Below, one piece after another: positions 8,253-15,030 of a stretch of 19,097 nucleotides of DNA. The stretch is taken from assembly GCA_017453005.1 (NCBI GenBank), contig JAFTKY010000092.1, positions 1 through 19,097 on the forward strand, given 5' to 3'. This stretch comes from Clostridia bacterium. GTDB taxonomy: Bacteria; Bacillota; Clostridia; Oscillospirales; CAG-272. Numbering within the stretch: position 1 is the stretch's first letter; the number at the start of each line of letters is the position of its first letter. A program made the translations under genes and the position numbers. The notes beneath the pieces were generated by a model. That model had not been told where the DNA came from and did not search any database. It was given only the letters and a program-made list of their open reading frames with translations.

Positions 8253-8687
8253 ATGAAGCTTCTTATCATCAACGGCCCGAACATCAACCTTCTGGGACTT
8301 CGCGAGCCCGCCATCTACGGCTCGCAGAATTACTCCGCCCTTTGCACGCTCGTCAAAAAGACCTGTGCCGAGCTTGATATTGAGTGCGAGCTGTTTCAGT
8401 CCAACCACGAGGGCGCGATAGTTGACAAGATCCAGGACGCATACGGTGTCTTTGACGGAATAGTCATAAACCCCGCGGCATACACGCACACCTCCATAGC
8501 GATACTCGACGCGCTCAAGGCGGTGTCTATCCCCACAGTCGAAATTCACATCTCCGACGTGTCCAAGCGCGAGGACTTCCGCCAGATATCCTACGTCTCA
8601 AAGGTAGCAGTCAAGACCTTCATGGGACTTGGCATCGAGGGATATAAGCATGCGATTGAGTATCTTAATGAGTTTTTGAATAAATAA
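8253..8687 (+). CDS. aroQ: Type II 3-dehydroquinate dehydratase.
   Basis: A 144-aa protein with the LNGPN.N.LG.REP..YG N-terminal signature and the H..D motif of type II dehydroquinase. Confidence 0.9.
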   Translation: MKLLIINGPNINLLGLREPAIYGSQNYSALCTLVKKTCAELDIECELFQSNHEGAIVDKIQDAYGVFDGIVINPAAYTHTSIAILDALKAVSIPTVEIHISDVSKREDFRQISYVSKVAVKTFMGLGIEGYKHAIEYLNEFLNK

Positions 8688-8735
8688 AGATAAAGTTTTA
8701 TCCTTCTTCAACCAAGAAGGTTGAACAACATCATA

Positions 8736-8790
8736 GCCTTCCCCAAGCAGGGGAAGGTGGCACGAGCCTGCGAGTGACGGATGAGGATGC
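8736..8790 (+). repeat. Inverted, degenerate copy of a GC-rich hairpin module (CCTTCCCC-aagca-GGGGAAGG ... GGATGAGGATG).
   Basis: An 8-bp perfect hairpin at 8737-8757. The 8779-8789 GGATGAGGATG segment is the reverse complement of 8834-8844. Together with 8831-8883 it forms a roughly 150-bp quasi-palindrome around an AT-rich 44-nt centre. Confidence 0.55.
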
Positions 8791-8830
8791 CAATAACAGT
8801 AAATATATTATAATACGCTGTCTGCTTCAG

Positions 8831-8892
8831 CAACATCCTCATCCACCGCTAACGCGGTCCCCCTTCCCCCACTTGGGGAAGGCTTTTTTGTT
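8831..8892 (+). terminator. Repeat module copy 1, ending in the intrinsic terminator of the aro operon.
   Basis: AACATCCTCATCCACCGCTAACGCGGTCCCCCTTCCCC-cactt-GGGGAAGG, followed by CTTTTTTGTTG. It has a small hairpin ACCGC/GCGGT and an 8-bp GC hairpin (8862-8882) followed by a T-tract. It is about 92 percent identical to the module at 13695-13745. Confidence 0.7.
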
Positions 8893-8961
8893 GAATGAAT
8901 ACAAAACGCGAAATCAAAATCTATGCAAAACAGAGAAACTAAAAAAATCGCGTCTCCACTC

Positions 8962-8990
8962 TTGACGGTCAAGTGACCGTGTGATATAAT
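8962..8990 (+). promoter_or_regulatory. Sigma-A promoter of the MerR-like gene, with a 16-bp perfect palindrome (ACGGTCA-ag-TGACCGT, 8965-8980) in the spacer.
   Basis: TTGACG at 8962-8967, a 17-nt spacer, then TATAAT at 8985-8990 with TGa extended -10. The palindrome overlaps the -35 element and the spacer. Confidence 0.55.
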
Positions 8991-9015
8991 ATTAGTGAGA
9001 TCAGGAGGTGAGAAA

Positions 9016-9570
9016 ATGTCAACGACTTTTCCGGGAACGACGATAGAAGTTCTTGAAATTCAAAAATCAAGCTCGCGTAAATTATTCGACGGCATATTTG
9101 CCACGGGAGGACTGACGCTCTCGCAGGTATCACTCATGACGGGCATTGAGCCGTACGCGATACAGAACTGGGTGAAGCGAGGATTTGTGGGCTCGCCCAA
9201 AAAGCGTCTTTATTCCCGAAATCAATTTTCAAGGATCGTAATAATCAACATGCTCCGCGAGGCGCTGCAGATAGAAAAGATATGCGACCTCATCCGTATC
9301 ATCAGCGGCGTGCTTGACGACGAGAGCGACGACCTTATTTCCGCAGACGAGCTTTATCACAGATACGTTGATCTTTTGGCGGAGCACAAAATAGACTTCA
9401 ACGATAAAAGCTCGATAACCGAGGCGGCAGACCGCACGGCGCGTGAATTTACGGACAGCGACGCGCAGACGCAGAAAAAGCTCTCAAGCATTCTGCAAAT
9501 TATTCTGTACGCTCACGCGGCGTCCCAGCTCCGCAAAAAGGCCGACGACATTTTTGCGACCTTGAAATAA
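9016..9570 (+). CDS. Small cytoplasmic protein with an N-terminal MerR-like helix-turn-helix (possibly a DUF1836-type regulator).
   Basis: LTLSQVSLMTGIEPYAIQNWVKRGFVGSPKKR matches the MerR-family HTH pattern (xxGxxxxxIRxYexxGLLxPxxR). AGGAGGTGA precedes ATG 9016. The C-terminal region is helical. Function is not established. Confidence 0.5.
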   Translation: MSTTFPGTTIEVLEIQKSSSRKLFDGIFATGGLTLSQVSLMTGIEPYAIQNWVKRGFVGSPKKRLYSRNQFSRIVIINMLREALQIEKICDLIRIISGVLDDESDDLISADELYHRYVDLLAEHKIDFNDKSSITEAADRTAREFTDSDAQTQKKLSSILQIILYAHAASQLRKKADDIFATLK

Positions 9571-9614
9571 AACTTTAATTCAAAAACTAATAATCATTAC
9601 GAAAGGAAAATATC

Positions 9615-10274
9615 ATGTTTATAGTTGATTGGTGGAATTCCATAGGACTTGCCGCGCAAATATTCGCGTGCATTGCAATTCCCTCTACGCTTATTCTGCT
9701 CGTGCAGACGGTTTTGATGTTCCTCGGCATCGGAGACGATGCGGATGTTGACGCCGACGGCATCGGCGAGGGCGCAGATTTTATCGGTGACGATATTGAT
9801 ACCGACGTATCCGAGGGAGTTTTCGGTGACGGTGACGTTGACGACGTCTCCGACGGCGCGGGAATGGACAGTCTTCGCTTCTTTACCTTCCGCGGCATCA
9901 TCGCGTTCCTCGTTGTATTCGGCTGGGTAGGACTTGCGATGTCCTCGGGCGATATTGCCCTTTACATCACCATACCCGTAGCAGCTCTGTGCGGTCTTTG
10001 TATGATGCTCTTTATCGCCGTACTTATCCGCGCGGTAATGAGACTTCGCGGCGACGGCAACGTCGACAACCGCAACGCAGTCGGCACGTCGGGTGTAGTT
10101 CATCTCACCATCCCCGCGCTTCGCACGGGTACGGGCAAGGTACACCTCATGCTTCAGGGCTCGTACGTTGAGCGCGACGCGGTAACGGACGACGAGACCT
10201 CCCTTCCCACGGGCAGCGAGATAGTCGTCGTAGGCGTCAGCGGACAGACTACGCTTATAGTAAGAAAAAAGTAA
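9615..10274 (+). CDS. NfeD-family (YuaF-like) membrane protein with a C-terminal OB-fold domain.
   Basis: Hydrophobic segments (FACIAIPSTLILLVQTVLMF, IIAFLVVFGWVGLAM, ITIPVAALCGLCMMLFIAVLI) followed by a C-terminal beta-rich NfeD-like domain (GTSGVVHL...GSEIVVVGVSGQTTLIV). An Asp-rich acidic insert lies between TM1 and TM2. It sits immediately upstream of a flotillin gene, as in yuaF-floT. Confidence 0.75.
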   Translation: MFIVDWWNSIGLAAQIFACIAIPSTLILLVQTVLMFLGIGDDADVDADGIGEGADFIGDDIDTDVSEGVFGDGDVDDVSDGAGMDSLRFFTFRGIIAFLVVFGWVGLAMSSGDIALYITIPVAALCGLCMMLFIAVLIRAVMRLRGDGNVDNRNAVGTSGVVHLTIPALRTGTGKVHLMLQGSYVERDAVTDDETSLPTGSEIVVVGVSGQTTLIVRKK

Positions 10275-10305
10275 AACAAAATTTTAAATAAATGGAGGAA
10301 AAATT

Positions 10306-11694
10306 ATGAATCCCGCAATTATCTTTTTGATTTGTGCAATCGCGCTGGTGCTTGTATCCTTTATCGCATGGATATGCTCAAGATACAAGAAATGCCCCTC
10401 TGACAAGATCATGGTCATCTACGGTTCGATAGGTAAGAACAACGACGGCACGAACAGAAGCGCAAAGTGTATTCACGGTGGCGCTGAATTCGTTATTCCC
10501 GTTTTCCAGTCGTACGCTTATCTCGACCTGACGCCCATATCTATCTCGGTCGACCTCAAGAACGCGCTCACACGTCAGAACATTCGTATCGACGTTCCCT
10601 CTCGCTTTACCGTTGGTATCTCCACGGAGACGGGCGTTATGCAGAACGCGGCTGAAAGACTTCTCGGTCTCCAGATGACCGAGGTACAGGAGCTTGCAAG
10701 AGATATTATCTTCGGTCAGCTCCGTCTTATCATCGCGACCATGGATATTGAAGAAATAAATACTGACCGCGACAAGTTCCTCGCGGCTGTAAGCTCTAAC
10801 GTTGAAACAGAGCTTAAAAAGATAGGTCTTCGTCTTATCAACGCGAACGTAACGGATATCACCGACGAGTCGGGATACATAGCGGCTCTCGGTAAGGAAG
10901 CTGCTGCAAAGGCTATCAACGACGCAAAGAGGAGCGTTGCCGAGCAGGAGCGCGACGGTTCTATCGGTGAAGCAAACGCGCAGATGGACCAGAGAATCAA
11001 GGTTGCAGAGGCAAACTCCGTAGCTATTCAGGGTGAAAACGAAGCAAAGATGAAGATCGCTATGTCCGACGCCGCGCTCAAGGAGAAAGAGGCAGAGGCA
11101 AAGAAGATCGCAACCACCGCAGAAAAGATCCAGGCTGCAAAGGCACTCGAAGAGTCCTACGCTGCAGAGCAGGCAGCCGAGCTTGCAAGACGCTCCAAGG
11201 AGCAGGCAACCCTCGAGGCTGACATTATCGTTCGCGCAGAGGCAAAGAAAAAGGAAATGGAGCTTGCTGCTGAGGCAGAGGCTGAACAGATGCGTAGACG
11301 CGCACAGGGTGAGGCTGACGCTATTTACGCGAAGATGCAGGCAGAGGCTCGCGGTGTCGAGGAGATACTCAAAAAGCAGGCTGCAGGTCTTGCTGAGGTC
11401 GTTAAGTCCGCAGGCGGCGATCCCGATTCCGCTCTCCGTCTCCTTATAGCTGATAAGCTCGAGGACCTCATGAGAGTTCAGGTCGACGCTATAAAGAACA
11501 TCAAGATAGACAAGGTCACTGTATGGGACGGCGGACAGACCGCAAACGGAAAGACGTCTACCGCAAACTTCATCTCGGGTATGATGAAGTCCGTTCCCCC
11601 TCTTGATGAGGTGTTCACAATGGCAGGTATGCAGCTCCCCGCAATTCTAGGTAAGAAGACCGAGGACGCAGTTGAAACGACCTCCGAGGAATAA
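10306..11694 (+). CDS. floT: Flotillin-like SPFH/band-7 protein (FloT/YuaG type).
   Basis: N-terminal TM, an SPFH domain, then a long Ala/Glu/Lys-rich coiled-coil (EA-repeat region) typical of flotillins. GGAGG precedes ATG 10306. Confidence 0.85.
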   Translation: MNPAIIFLICAIALVLVSFIAWICSRYKKCPSDKIMVIYGSIGKNNDGTNRSAKCIHGGAEFVIPVFQSYAYLDLTPISISVDLKNALTRQNIRIDVPSRFTVGISTETGVMQNAAERLLGLQMTEVQELARDIIFGQLRLIIATMDIEEINTDRDKFLAAVSSNVETELKKIGLRLINANVTDITDESGYIAALGKEAAAKAINDAKRSVAEQERDGSIGEANAQMDQRIKVAEANSVAIQGENEAKMKIAMSDAALKEKEAEAKKIATTAEKIQAAKALEESYAAEQAAELARRSKEQATLEADIIVRAEAKKKEMELAAEAEAEQMRRRAQGEADAIYAKMQAEARGVEEILKKQAAGLAEVVKSAGGDPDSALRLLIADKLEDLMRVQVDAIKNIKIDKVTVWDGGQTANGKTSTANFISGMMKSVPPLDEVFTMAGMQLPAILGKKTEDAVETTSEE

Positions 11695-11718
11695 TTGAAA
11701 ATTGCCGAATAAATCAAA

Positions 11719-11755
11719 CGGGCAGTCGCGGCGTTGCCGCGACTGCCCGTATTGT
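11719..11755 (+). terminator. Intrinsic terminator-like hairpin after floT.
   Basis: CGGGCAGTCGCGGC-gtt-GCCGCGACTGCCCG, a 14-bp perfect stem followed by TATTGT. The U-tract is weak. Confidence 0.55.
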
Positions 11756-11890
11756 AACCACGTTAGCCTTCTCCGGCGGAGTTGCACAGACTACAGGAGA
11801 GTACCATCACCGAACATAAGAATGTTGAACAATTACCCGTATTCTACCAATAAATCACTTTTGAATTGAAAGATATCATTCATAAGTTGC

Positions 11891-11919
11891 TTGAATTAAA
11901 TTGTACCGTATGCTATAAT
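11891..11919 (+). promoter_or_regulatory. Sigma-A promoter of the XRE-family regulator gene.
   Basis: TTGAAT at 11891-11896, a 17-nt spacer, then TATAAT at 11914-11919 preceded by TGc. GGGAG ribosome-binding site precedes ATG 11950. This places the true start at 11950, not 11866. Confidence 0.55.
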
Positions 11920-11949
11920 GTAAGCAAACAACCAAACAGGGAGAACAAA

Positions 11950-13482
11950 ATGAAAATTCAGATCGCAGATAACATAAAAAGATTTCGCATAGCAAGCGGA
12001 TATACTCAAAGTGATCTTGCAGTACTTTTGTCTGTTTCTCCTCAAGCGGTGAGCAGATGGGAAAACGGACAGGCTTTTCCTGATATAACCTTTTTACCTT
12101 TGCTTGCGAAATATTTGAAGGTGTCCATTGATGAGTTGATGGGAATAAAAGGGCAGCAAAACGAAAGTTTAAAAAAAGAGCTGCGCGAACGCAGACAAGC
12201 AGTCATAGACGATGATTCCGAAAAGCTTCAAAATGAGCTTCGTATTCTTGAAATATACGAAGAGTTAGGACATGCAGAGCTTTTTTATTTGATCGACTAT
12301 TTTAAGCAGCTGATGCTTGTGAAAAACAACGCAGTGGTAAAGATCAAAGATTTGGAAGATCGAATTGCCAATGCTCGGCAAATGATCCGGGATCGCTTGA
12401 GAACATCCGGTATGTGCGACAGAATATGGTTGCTAAATACGGTAGCCTCTTGTGAGGAGGAAGACAAATTGGCGATCTGGGCAGATGAATATGAGTTCCC
12501 CGAATATATGAGAACAAACTTTTGGGACAAATTGCTACTGTCAAGATATGACAAGGAAAAAAACACCTACAAACTAAATGCACAAAATCAAAAAATTTTA
12601 TATGAGCATATCCAAAATACCATTTATTATCTAACCGATAGTGTGTCTGGTGATATGAAGGAGCAGATGAATGACTTTCATGATCCGGAAAGATACAAAA
12701 TGGCGCTTGATACACTTGATCTGTACTCAACACGGGCAGACGATATCTTTTTGACCACGCGCATTATCGCTGAGGTGAGATACGCAGAGGCACTTTTGAT
12801 CAACGGATGTACTGAGGAAAGTCTTGCTATGTTCTCACAGGCAGGCAAACATCTTTTGCTACTGTATCATTTGCCTGATGGCAGTGTGCTTCACGGTTCT
12901 GTTCCTGTATTGAGTACGGTACACATCGCAATTGATTATTCGAAGGATAAGCTTGAAAAATGCGTGTTCAACCTGAATACATATGATAAAAATCCACAGT
13001 TTGACCAAATTCGCGAGGATAAAAGATTTGTGGCGTATATGGAATCAAGGGCAAAATTTCTTCCACATAATTGCAAAAGCTGGGTGGATGAGATTGGAAA
13101 TGATATGGTTGATACGCGGTGGAAAATGCTTCTGAATAGAGCAAAGAAAGAGACAGAGACACTTTCTGACGGCAATGTCGTGGTGATGCTGACCATCAAT
13201 GGCGCGGTTGACGCCATCTCGTTTCAGAATCTCAATTCCGTCATTGAGGCGGAGGGTGCGATGAAGTTTTTGATTGAGAAAAAGAAAAATGGTGATGCCA
13301 GAATCGAACGTTTGATTTGTATGTGGCACGATGGCAGTATTGATCTTCCCTCATTTGCTTTCAGAGAAGCACTTTTGTCTGTTGAAAACGCAAATGTTTC
13401 GACTCAAATGCTTTTAAACGGGATAAAGGGGTATGTTGTTAAGACAGTAAAAGCAACAATGCCTAAAGGATACAAAACATAA
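11950..13482 (+). CDS. XRE-family (Cro/cI-type HTH) transcriptional regulator with a roughly 440-aa helical C-terminal domain (RNPP/TPR-like architecture).
   Basis: N-terminal IKRFRIASGYTQSDLAVLLSVSPQAVSRWENGQAFPDITFLPLLAKYLKVSIDEL is a canonical HTH_XRE. The rest is uncharacterised. The gene is clearly more AT-rich than its neighbours. Confidence 0.7.
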   Translation: MKIQIADNIKRFRIASGYTQSDLAVLLSVSPQAVSRWENGQAFPDITFLPLLAKYLKVSIDELMGIKGQQNESLKKELRERRQAVIDDDSEKLQNELRILEIYEELGHAELFYLIDYFKQLMLVKNNAVVKIKDLEDRIANARQMIRDRLRTSGMCDRIWLLNTVASCEEEDKLAIWADEYEFPEYMRTNFWDKLLLSRYDKEKNTYKLNAQNQKILYEHIQNTIYYLTDSVSGDMKEQMNDFHDPERYKMALDTLDLYSTRADDIFLTTRIIAEVRYAEALLINGCTEESLAMFSQAGKHLLLLYHLPDGSVLHGSVPVLSTVHIAIDYSKDKLEKCVFNLNTYDKNPQFDQIREDKRFVAYMESRAKFLPHNCKSWVDEIGNDMVDTRWKMLLNRAKKETETLSDGNVVVMLTINGAVDAISFQNLNSVIEAEGAMKFLIEKKKNGDARIERLICMWHDGSIDLPSFAFREALLSVENANVSTQMLLNGIKGYVVKTVKATMPKGYKT

Positions 13483-13533
13483 AGAATTTTTTGAATAAAT
13501 TTTATTAAACCCCGATTACCTGTAGGTGCTCTC

Positions 13534-13617
13534 ATTTGCTGGCAAATCCATTGGTCGTCCGCAATAATTGATAATTGGGTCCAAGCGGATGTGCGATGCT
13601 TTATTTGCTTCGCAAAT
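13534..13617 (+). promoter_or_regulatory. Pair of palindromic operator-like sites, ATTTGC-tg-GCAAAT (13534-13547) and ATTTGC-ttc-GCAAAT (13603-13617).
   Basis: Two near-identical inverted repeats with conserved flanks (tcATTTGC..GCAAATcc), 69 bp apart. They lie between the XRE regulator gene and the membrane-protein gene. A tandem ATAATTG-ATAATTG lies between them. Confidence 0.4.
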
Positions 13618-13694
13618 CCCCTCTGTCTCGACCACGGGTCGCGACATCTCCCCTACGACCGAATAATCAAAACATTATTAGCAATCAAAAATGG

Positions 13695-13745
13695 TAACAC
13701 CTCATCCACCGCTAAAGCGGTCCCCCTTCCCCTCAAGGGGAAGGC
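13695..13745 (+). repeat. Repeat module copy 2 (AACACCTCATCCACCGCTAAAGCGGTCCCCCTTCCCC-tcaa-GGGGAAGG), located in a 5' UTR.
   Basis: Near-identical to 8831-8882. It has the same two hairpins, ACCGC/GCGGT and CCTTCCCC/GGGGAAGG. Here it is not followed by a T-tract. Instead it is followed by GAAAGGAG and ATG 13765. Confidence 0.65.
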
Positions 13746-13764
13746 TCTCACGAAAGGAGTACCC

Positions 13765-14310
13765 ATGAAAAAAATATATTTCAAAAAAATCAAGCGCGGC
13801 ATAGGCTACGCGCTCATCATGTATCTCATATACGGCGTCGGCGCGGATATTTTAGTCACGCTGTCAAATTTTTTCAAGGAGTATCCTTTTGTTCAGCTTC
13901 TCATAACCGTCGGCATCCCCGCGACGATTCTCTTTTGCGTCGCGTCATATTACCGAATAAATGACAGCGAAAAATTCAAGGCGTATAACCGCGCCGTCCC
14001 GTACGATAGGTTAAAAATAAAGGACGACCTGCTCTACACCTTGAAATCCCCCGACCTGCACGGCGATATTCTCGTGGCACTTACGCTTATCGGCGTATAT
14101 CTTGTGCCCTCCATAGCGATCCCAATCATACGCGTAGGCGGTGCGAGGGCGATTCCCGTAGCGCTTCTGTTGACGTTCGTGACACTGCTTGTCGCGATGC
14201 TGTTTTACACCGCCGCAGATATTATTTCGTGGACGGTCACGCACAAGCACTATCTCCTTGACCGCGATATCGTGGTCATGGACGAGGATATGGTGAATAA
14301 AACCCCGTAA
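13765..14310 (+). CDS. Small integral membrane protein of unknown function (about 4 TM helices).
   Basis: GGAG lies 8 nt before ATG 13765. There are four hydrophobic segments. The longer ORF-track start at 13591 would translate through the repeat module and is unlikely. Confidence 0.5.
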   Translation: MKKIYFKKIKRGIGYALIMYLIYGVGADILVTLSNFFKEYPFVQLLITVGIPATILFCVASYYRINDSEKFKAYNRAVPYDRLKIKDDLLYTLKSPDLHGDILVALTLIGVYLVPSIAIPIIRVGGARAIPVALLLTFVTLLVAMLFYTAADIISWTVTHKHYLLDRDIVVMDEDMVNKTP

Positions 14311-14313
14311 AAA

Positions 14314-14342
14314 AACCAACGGAAATATCCCGTTGGTTTTTT
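14314..14342. terminator. Bidirectional intrinsic terminator between convergent genes.
   Basis: AACCAACGG-aaatatc-CCGTTGGTT, a 9-bp stem. It is flanked by AAAAA upstream and TTTT downstream. Confidence 0.7.
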
Positions 14343-14380
14343 CTATTAACTTGTACGTATGCTTTCATCCTTTACCGATT

Positions 14381-14881
14381 TCAGCCCTTCCCGCGCCTTT
14401 CGTACTCCCGAAACCACTCGTCCGCAGGGTTATCGTGTATATAGGTTACAGTTCTGTTTTTCATATCTATAACGAATTCCTTCTGGACGTCGTCAAACCC
14501 GTAAGGCGCGCATGCGTCATGCATATCAACGCAGTCATCTATCATAGTACTCATACCCCAGCGATACACCGCAGAGTAATACGTTATTTTCAGAATGTCG
14601 CTGATCTGCGTCAGCCTTGAAAGCTCGTCAAGGAGATCCCTGCCCCAACCCGAGTAATGCACGGCACCCTTAAAAATCGGCAGGATCTCTTGCACCGTCT
14701 GTGCGCTCACAATCTCATTTTCTACTCCGTCATGCAATTTAGACGTGTAAGCGCCAAATTCACCGTTAACGGTTGAAAGTGTCATGTAATTATATTCTGA
14801 TGTTTCAGCATCCGTCAAATATCCCGATCCACTCATATATATCAACCTCATTTTAATTATTCGGGGCGCGATGCCCTCCAT
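14381..14881 (-). CDS. Hypothetical soluble protein.
   Basis: A 166-aa ORF with no recognisable motifs. AAAGG lies 5 nt before the ATG at 14881. An in-frame alternative start exists at 14851. A TGTCAA-17-extended -10 promoter on the minus strand sits at 14899-14927. Confidence 0.4.
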   Translation of the reverse strand: MEGIAPRIIKMRLIYMSGSGYLTDAETSEYNYMTLSTVNGEFGAYTSKLHDGVENEIVSAQTVQEILPIFKGAVHYSGWGRDLLDELSRLTQISDILKITYYSAVYRWGMSTMIDDCVDMHDACAPYGFDDVQKEFVIDMKNRTVTYIHDNPADEWFREYERRGKG

Positions 14882-14971
14882 TGCGCCTTTACGTATTTAT
14901 AGTAACATATTTTTTTGTGTATGTCAAGCAAGGCAAAGAAAACCGTCGGAGACGTTGCCTTTATTTTTTGG

Positions 14972-15000
14972 TTGACATTTTCCTTTTTTTATGGTATAAA
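14972..15000 (+). promoter_or_regulatory. Sigma-A promoter of the GH28-like gene.
   Basis: TTGACA at 14972-14977, a 17-nt spacer, then TATAAA at 14995-15000 preceded by TGg. GGAGG ribosome-binding site before ATG 15031. Confidence 0.6.
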
Positions 15001-15030
15001 AAAAGCAGAAGACTTTTATTGGAGGCAGAT

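Noticed and set aside
8774-8965. 63-aa ORF in the intergenic region after aroQ.
   Set aside because: It lies entirely within the hairpin/repeat module and the AT-rich core. It has no ribosome-binding site, and its sequence is dictated by the palindromes (for example PHPPLTRSPFPHLGKAFL comes from the GC hairpin).
11866-11949. Upstream extension of the XRE regulator ORF (start at 11866).
   Set aside because: The TTGAAT-17-TATAAT promoter (11891-11919) and the GGGAG ribosome-binding site lie inside this extension, so translation most plausibly begins at ATG 11950.
13591-13764. Upstream extension of the membrane-protein ORF (start at 13591).
   Set aside because: It would translate through the palindromic operator and the GC-hairpin repeat module. 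A strong ribosome-binding site (GAAAGGAG) precedes the internal ATG at 13765.
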